This document shows, piece after piece, positions 59,397-64,000 of a stretch of DNA of 64,000 nt. Location of the stretch: positions 163,697 through 227,696 of IMG/VR virus record IMGVR_UViG_3300026512_000002; one strand, 5' to 3'. A program made the position numbers and the translations under genes. The notes beneath the pieces are model-generated. The model saw nothing but the letters and a program-made list of their open reading frames with translations, was not told where the DNA came from and searched no databases. Position 1 is the stretch's first letter; each line of letters opens with the position of its first letter.

Positions 59397-59839
59397 ATAG
59401 TTATATAACTATCATATAACCCAGTACCATATATATCGCTATCCCTATTTTTCAAATTATCCATAAATATTAATATAGCTGTTTTATCCAAATAAAACAC
59501 ATCATCCATAGTAAACATAGCAGGATCATACACATTGTTAAGTTTCATTAAGAAATACCCTAACACATACGTCTTATATTTATAATATGAATAATGATGT
59601 GGTTTCATTTTAAACTTGTTAGGTAGTTTCTCAACAGATGCCATGTTTTTATACAAATTTATATGTTTAGATAGAAAATCATCTAATGTGATAACACTAC
59701 CGTCATCCATAACATAGTCCACCATAATCCTTCGAGTTGATAATATATTATTTTTATCATTCATAATCTCGTCCATAACATGTAAACCATCATTATTGTA
59801 TTGAGATAAATCCATAACTATATGAGATTTCAACATCAT
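59393..59839 (-). CDS. Baseplate gp53-like (LysM-related) protein
   Basis: FKMKPHHYSYYKYKTYVLGYFLMKLNN resembles the gp53 'P..LS...YG...L...I...N' pattern; in an operon with the spike. Confidence 0.5.
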   Translation of the reverse strand: MMLKSHIVMDLSQYNNDGLHVMDEIMNDKNNILSTRRIMVDYVMDDGSVITLDDFLSKHINLYKNMASVEKLPNKFKMKPHHYSYYKYKTYVLGYFLMKLNNVYDPAMFTMDDVFYLDKTAILIFMDNLKNRDSDIYGTGLYDSYITI

Positions 59840-60468
59840 TAACTCCTATTACTCAACCTTCTATTAAAATTAGTAAACGACCTTTCAAAAGCAACTCTAT
59901 CAAAATATGTTGATTTAACTATATTAAACATACTATCATCTAATTTAGGATTTAGATAATTAATTATTTCATCAATGTATAATATATCATCAACACCTAA
60001 ATGCCTAGAATATTTTAACCTATTGAATAATGGTACAATTAGTCTAAAGTTCAATATGTCCCAAAGTCTAGATTCAGGTCTCTCAAATGTCATATTTTCA
60101 GCTATAGCTATAACTATACTATCATTATACTCAAACGGTATAATATCATTGTTTATCATATCATATATAAATGGACTAACAACATATTCTGGCGCACCTA
60201 TAGTTATTTGAAAATCATTACCAACTTGTTCTATTAAATAATGATATGGTATGCCAGTTATCCTATTAGCAGCCATATCTTCTTTTTTAACTTCTTTTTC
60301 ATAATAATACTCCCATATTGGCGCGGTTAACTGTGATGATCCAAATATGATATTATTATTAATAGGGTAACCTTTTCTTATAAAATTAGGTAGCTGAGAC
60401 AATATTATCTTTTTTGTTGTTTTTCTAGCAAAAAATCTAATTTCTTTATCTAATATATATGTTGACAT
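59839..60468 (-). CDS. Amidase_2-fold protein, probably catalytically degenerate
   Basis: KKIILSQL (normally IxxHH), IPYHYLIE, NDSIVIAI. Confidence 0.5.
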   Translation of the reverse strand: MSTYILDKEIRFFARKTTKKIILSQLPNFIRKGYPINNNIIFGSSQLTAPIWEYYYEKEVKKEDMAANRITGIPYHYLIEQVGNDFQITIGAPEYVVSPFIYDMINNDIIPFEYNDSIVIAIAENMTFERPESRLWDILNFRLIVPLFNRLKYSRHLGVDDILYIDEIINYLNPKLDDSMFNIVKSTYFDRVAFERSFTNFNRRLSNRS

Positions 60469-60477
60469 TTATAACTC

Positions 60478-62571
60478 CTATCTAGTAGTAACATTAGTTG
60501 ATTGAGCCAAAGTATCTACCAATTGTACTACTGGAACACCTGTTGGTCCAGCAGAAGTTGGATGAACATGGGTTTTTATTAAATTTAATAAATATGATCC
60601 AGATAACACTTTTTTATAAGCACTAGAACCACCTAAGTTAATATCATTAGATTTAATATTAACAGAACCTACTGCTTTAAAATTAAGATCAGTAGCCGAC
60701 ATATCTATTGTATCATCAGCCTTAATATTTATATTATCACCTTTTATATGTATGTCTCTAGCTTCCAAATACATTTCGCCATCTTTAGAAATTATTTTTA
60801 TAGTCCCTGTTTTTGATTTAACATTAAACACCCCATCAGGTATACGTATATCAACCACACCATCCATATCACTAGACATTTTCAAACCTACAACTTCATC
60901 ACCACCATCATATGCACCTAAACTTACATTCAATACACCATACACGTCTTCATCATAATATTCTAACACATTGGTATATGCTCCCATACTTGCTTTATAC
61001 GCACCGTTTATAGCAGAATCTTTCACACTGTGTAACCCGACATATGCTTTATCTAGAGTCGTTTCTGATACAAACTCTAGCCCTCTTGTACTCGTAGCTC
61101 CCATATATCTAGCTTCATTAGTATCCAAATAATTTGGATCTTTATACACGGTATACCAATTAGTTTTCACAATTTCATTACTTTTATCAATAGTGCTAAT
61201 TTTGGTAATTTCACCAGTATTGGTTTTAATGGTACTTGTAGCATTAAGTACACTATCATCTATTTTAAACGATCTATATATCTTATCAATAACACTATCA
61301 TCATCAACCTGACTTCTATCTATTAAAATACTAGATATGACTTTATCATCTTGCATGTCCATATTTTCAACAGTGTTTACACTATATTTCCTATCATCAC
61401 CCATATTAGTAAAATTAATGTTGTTTTTTATATGAGCACCACTATAATCTAATAATATTTCATTATTTTTAACAGTTTTATATTTTTCACTTAAAGTGTT
61501 TGTCACATTAGTTGTGTTGTTAAATAATACATCAGCTAATTTAAGCACCTGTTTATAACTAGTACCTCTAGTTTTTTTATTATCTTGAGTAAACTTTTTC
61601 TCAATAGTTTCAATATTATAATCAGAGCCCATGTTAACAGAAGTGGTGTTATTAGCCATTATTTTGTCATTATCTTTATACATGGCGTTATTCATGAGAT
61701 CAATAGAACCTCTACTAATATTTTTCTTTTCAGAAACATTACTTACGGTATATTCGTCTAGCTTATATGTAATAGTTGTATCATCGGATATATTGTCATC
61801 ATGAACAACAGTATTTTTATTATAATTAAATGCATCCATACTATTAACTAGTGTCAAATATTCAGTCCCATGTTCACTATTATTATAATTTTTACCAACA
61901 TTTAAAACCATACTAGATTCAGTATTACCAGCATTTATTTTCATTTCACCAGAATATCTACTGTCATATCGTTTCACATAAACTTCAAAACTACTATGGT
62001 TGTCTATAGAAGACATAGCAGGACTCACATTTTCTTGATTAGGGCTCCTAAAATGTAATTCAGACCCATTGTCAAATATTATGAAAAAATGTCTTTTATC
62101 ATTAGATGTGTTAACACCAACAATATCTCTATTCCAAAATTCTGTTATTTTTAACATATGCTTTTTATAAACATTATAAAAATCTATTTTATCCTCTAAA
62201 TCAAGATTAACGCCTGGTATACTTTCACCTGATTCTGGTAAACTAAATCCAGGTAAATAATAACATTTTTGTTTATCACCATTCAAAAAAAATACAATGG
62301 TATAACTTCCCAAACTTGGGGTATTATACGTCCCACCTGTGCTATTAAATATATTTGTAGCATAAACACCATTGTCATAATAATTAGCTGGTATAGCTAA
62401 TATCATTTTACTTTCTATATTTTTAGAACCACTACCTATGGTAATATTATTGTCTGTAGCTATATTAGCATCATAACCCATAAGATCTGACACATGTACA
62501 CCAATAATACCAGATAATTGAGAATCGGATACATTTACAACTTTAGCTCTATAAAAACCTACCAAATCCAT
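60478..62571 (-). CDS. Baseplate central spike (gp5/VgrG/gpV-like)
   Basis: OB-fold start FYRAKVVNVSD..LSGIIGV...PSLGS.TIVFFLNGD; C-terminal beta-strand repeats; HVH apex (THVHPTSAGPTG). Start ATG 62571 after GAGGAGG. Confidence 0.8.
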   Translation of the reverse strand: MDLVGFYRAKVVNVSDSQLSGIIGVHVSDLMGYDANIATDNNITIGSGSKNIESKMILAIPANYYDNGVYATNIFNSTGGTYNTPSLGSYTIVFFLNGDKQKCYYLPGFSLPESGESIPGVNLDLEDKIDFYNVYKKHMLKITEFWNRDIVGVNTSNDKRHFFIIFDNGSELHFRSPNQENVSPAMSSIDNHSSFEVYVKRYDSRYSGEMKINAGNTESSMVLNVGKNYNNSEHGTEYLTLVNSMDAFNYNKNTVVHDDNISDDTTITYKLDEYTVSNVSEKKNISRGSIDLMNNAMYKDNDKIMANNTTSVNMGSDYNIETIEKKFTQDNKKTRGTSYKQVLKLADVLFNNTTNVTNTLSEKYKTVKNNEILLDYSGAHIKNNINFTNMGDDRKYSVNTVENMDMQDDKVISSILIDRSQVDDDSVIDKIYRSFKIDDSVLNATSTIKTNTGEITKISTIDKSNEIVKTNWYTVYKDPNYLDTNEARYMGATSTRGLEFVSETTLDKAYVGLHSVKDSAINGAYKASMGAYTNVLEYYDEDVYGVLNVSLGAYDGGDEVVGLKMSSDMDGVVDIRIPDGVFNVKSKTGTIKIISKDGEMYLEARDIHIKGDNINIKADDTIDMSATDLNFKAVGSVNIKSNDINLGGSSAYKKVLSGSYLLNLIKTHVHPTSAGPTGVPVVQLVDTLAQSTNVTTR

Positions 62572-62586
62572 AACAACCTCCTCGAT

Positions 62587-62598
62587 TATACTGTTGTT
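62587..62598 (-). promoter_or_regulatory. Putative late promoter AACA-N6-TA
   Basis: AACAACAGTATA upstream of the spike gene. Confidence 0.55.
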
Positions 62599-62663
62599 GA
62601 AGCCAAGGTTTTTAAAAAAAAAGTGTATGCGAATATATTTATACACATACACTTTCATTTATG

Positions 62664-62831
62664 TTAGTTTAAATAAGACATTATCATATACACAAACATA
62701 TATGATATAAATGTTATACTGCCAAATATAACCCAGTCTTTTAAAAAGCTTATAACAATACTTTTTTTGCTACGTTTGTACACTGAGTATTTAAACCCAT
62801 TTGTTTTTTTTAAATCTTTTAGTGTTTTCAT
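62664..62831 (-). CDS. 55-aa protein, basic N-half and C-terminal TM (not in track)
   Basis: MKTLKDLKKTNGFKYSVYKRSKKSIVISFLKDWVIFGSITFISYMFVYMIMSYLN; SD GGAGGT. Confidence 0.7.
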   Translation of the reverse strand: MKTLKDLKKTNGFKYSVYKRSKKSIVISFLKDWVIFGSITFISYMFVYMIMSYLN

Positions 62832-62866
62832 ATATACCTCCACACATATAAATCTTAATTGTAATC

Positions 62867-62875
62867 ATAATATAT
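62867..62875 (-). promoter_or_regulatory. Putative early motif ATATATTAT
   Basis: Upstream of 62831. Confidence 0.4.
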
Positions 62876-62968
62876 ATTTAAAACACATATAAAATTTTAA
62901 TATTTTTTTTTATAAAATGAGATATGTTATCCTGATACATTTGTACCCTCACATATGAAAACTTCTTT

Positions 62969-63379
62969 TTAAAATAAATCATCATATAATTTAAGAATTT
63001 TACCAATTTCAACATTATACATATCTAATAATTTATAGTATTCGAACACTGCTAATGTTATAAACTGTTCATCACCAGTGTTTTTATAAACATCAATATC
63101 GAAAACTATATTTATTAACATTTTAGGTATATTGTAATCCAATTTATCTAATTTAACAATATTGTTAATATAGTTAACTTTATTACATTTAATAATGTTT
63201 AATAAACCATGTCCAATATCAACGATTCTACCAATATCACTATAATTACTCTTTATAAAATATGTGCAATCAATAATAGGTTTATAGTATATTTCGCCTC
63301 TATTGACATTATCCGAACATATTTGACTGGTAAAAAATGTTTCCATTTTATTCTTATCAAAAAACTGTTTCCCTAACAT
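62969..63379 (-). CDS. Hypothetical protein
   Basis: 136 aa, SD GGAG. Confidence 0.65.
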   Translation of the reverse strand: MLGKQFFDKNKMETFFTSQICSDNVNRGEIYYKPIIDCTYFIKSNYSDIGRIVDIGHGLLNIIKCNKVNYINNIVKLDKLDYNIPKMLINIVFDIDVYKNTGDEQFITLAVFEYYKLLDMYNVEIGKILKLYDDLF

Positions 63380-63392
63380 ATGCTACTCCACA

Positions 63393-64000
63393 TTACTCAC
63401 TTAGCAATTTATATATCATCCCAGCTTGACTTTTCACTAATTCCAACATCTCTGCATTTTTACATTTTTTAGTATCACTATTTGTAACTTTAAAATCAAT
63501 ATCACCATCATTATAATTCAATAATTCACAAACTAAATCATAGATATCGTTTCTATTAATAAATTTTATAAGATTTTGCATCTTTTTAGTTTTCTCAGTT
63601 AATGTTTTATGTGACATTTCACCTTCTATGTAAACATCTCCTTTAATAATAACCTTAACGCTAGCCTGTTCTTCAACTTCTTTAACAGGTTCAACTTCTT
63701 TAACAACTTTAACAGGTTCAACTTCTTTAACAGGTTCAACTTCTTTAACAACTTTAACAGGTTCAACTTCTTTAACAGGTTCAACTTCTTTAACAGGTTC
63801 AACTTCTTTAACAACTTTAACAGGTTCAACTTCTTTAACAACTTTAACAGGTTCAACTTCTTTAACAGGTTCAACTTCTTTAACAGGTTCAACTTCTTTA
63901 ACAACTTTAATAGGTTCGACTTCTTTAACAGGTTCAACTTCTTTAACAACTTTAATAGGTTCGACTTCTTTAACAGGTTCAACTTCTTTAACAACTTTAA
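63393..64000 (-). CDS. Protein with long KEVEPV/KVV repeat region; start lies beyond the right edge
   Basis: The frame starting at 63998 reads KVVKEVEPVKEVEPI...KEVEEQASVKVIIKGDVYIEGE-MSHK with no stop, joining track ORF 63393-63617. Confidence 0.85.
   Translation of the reverse strand, partial: KVVKEVEPVKEVEPIKVVKEVEPVKEVEPIKVVKEVEPVKEVEPVKEVEPVKVVKEVEPVKVVKEVEPVKEVEPVKEVEPVKVVKEVEPVKEVEPVKVVKEVEPVKEVEEQASVKVIIKGDVYIEGEMSHKTLTEKTKKMQNLIKFINRNDIYDLVCELLNYNDGDIDFKVTNSDTKKCKNAEMLELVKSQAGMIYKLLSE
63673..64000 (-). repeat. Tandem array of 18-nt (AAAGAAGTTGAACCTGTT) and 9-nt (AAAGTTGTT) units
   Basis: Directly visible; a few copies carry GTC or ATT variants. Confidence 0.95.

Noticed and set aside
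331-60958. Many short antisense ORFs inside long genes (e.g. 12377-12961, 18811-19707, 42498-43115)
   Set aside because: They are fully nested opposite well-supported genes, are rich in Phe/Leu/Ile/Ser as expected for mirrors of Lys/Asn/Glu codons, and lack ribosome-binding sites.
63626-63994. Track ORF MLKKLNLLKK... (122 aa)
   Set aside because: Shadow frame of the repeat. The KEVEPV frame is open and continuous with 63393-63617.
1-64000. CRISPR array, tRNA or rRNA genes
   Set aside because: No repeat-spacer periodicity or cloverleaf seen in any intergenic gap by eye; tRNAscan and CRISPR finders were not run.
1-64000. Stop-codon reassignment
   Set aside because: Genes up to 12.5 kb are uninterrupted in code 11, and TAA, TAG and TGA all end genes cleanly before new ribosome-binding sites.
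1-64000. Eukaryotic or giant-virus origin suggested by AT richness and poly-Asn
   Set aside because: Shine-Dalgarno sites, intrinsic terminators, overlapping operons, portal and baseplate genes and peptidoglycan hydrolases indicate a bacteriophage.

Overview
This very AT-rich window looks like part of a jumbo myovirus genome of the phiKZ / AR9-PBS1 / phiR1-37 type. That assignment comes from my recall of these families and from gene order; no search was run. The standard genetic code is used, with Shine-Dalgarno sites and intrinsic terminators. 1-19.7 kb is a virion block: about 12 acidic or helical proteins with repeated hydrophobic-x-x-E motifs (probable prohead-protease sites), a tail-tube-fold protein and a baseplate wedge. 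19.8-28.8 kb holds early and nucleotide genes: a 5'-3' exonuclease-like protein, an HD-kinase fusion, an AntA/KilAC antirepressor, tmk, thyX and an M23 peptidase. 28.9-48 kb holds the portal, a tube-initiator-like protein and a 4184-aa tape measure ending in an M15 peptidase. 48-53 kb holds a RuvC-like resolvase and a split family-B DNA polymerase with its halves in reversed order. 53-64 kb holds a 1.3-kaa Cys-cluster late protein, spike, amidase-like and gp53-like baseplate genes, and repeat proteins. Two promoter-like motifs divide the genes: AACA-N6-TA (12 sites, before structural or presumed late genes) and ATATATTAT (mostly before non-structural genes). The best candidate for an undescribed system is a three-copy cassette at 13.0-15.6 kb: conserved Cys-bearing flanks and two Gly/Ala hydrophobic helices enclose unrelated inserts of about 50-140 aa, and the flanks are mosaic between copies at the DNA level. 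No CRISPR array, tRNA, rRNA, intein or transposase was seen.
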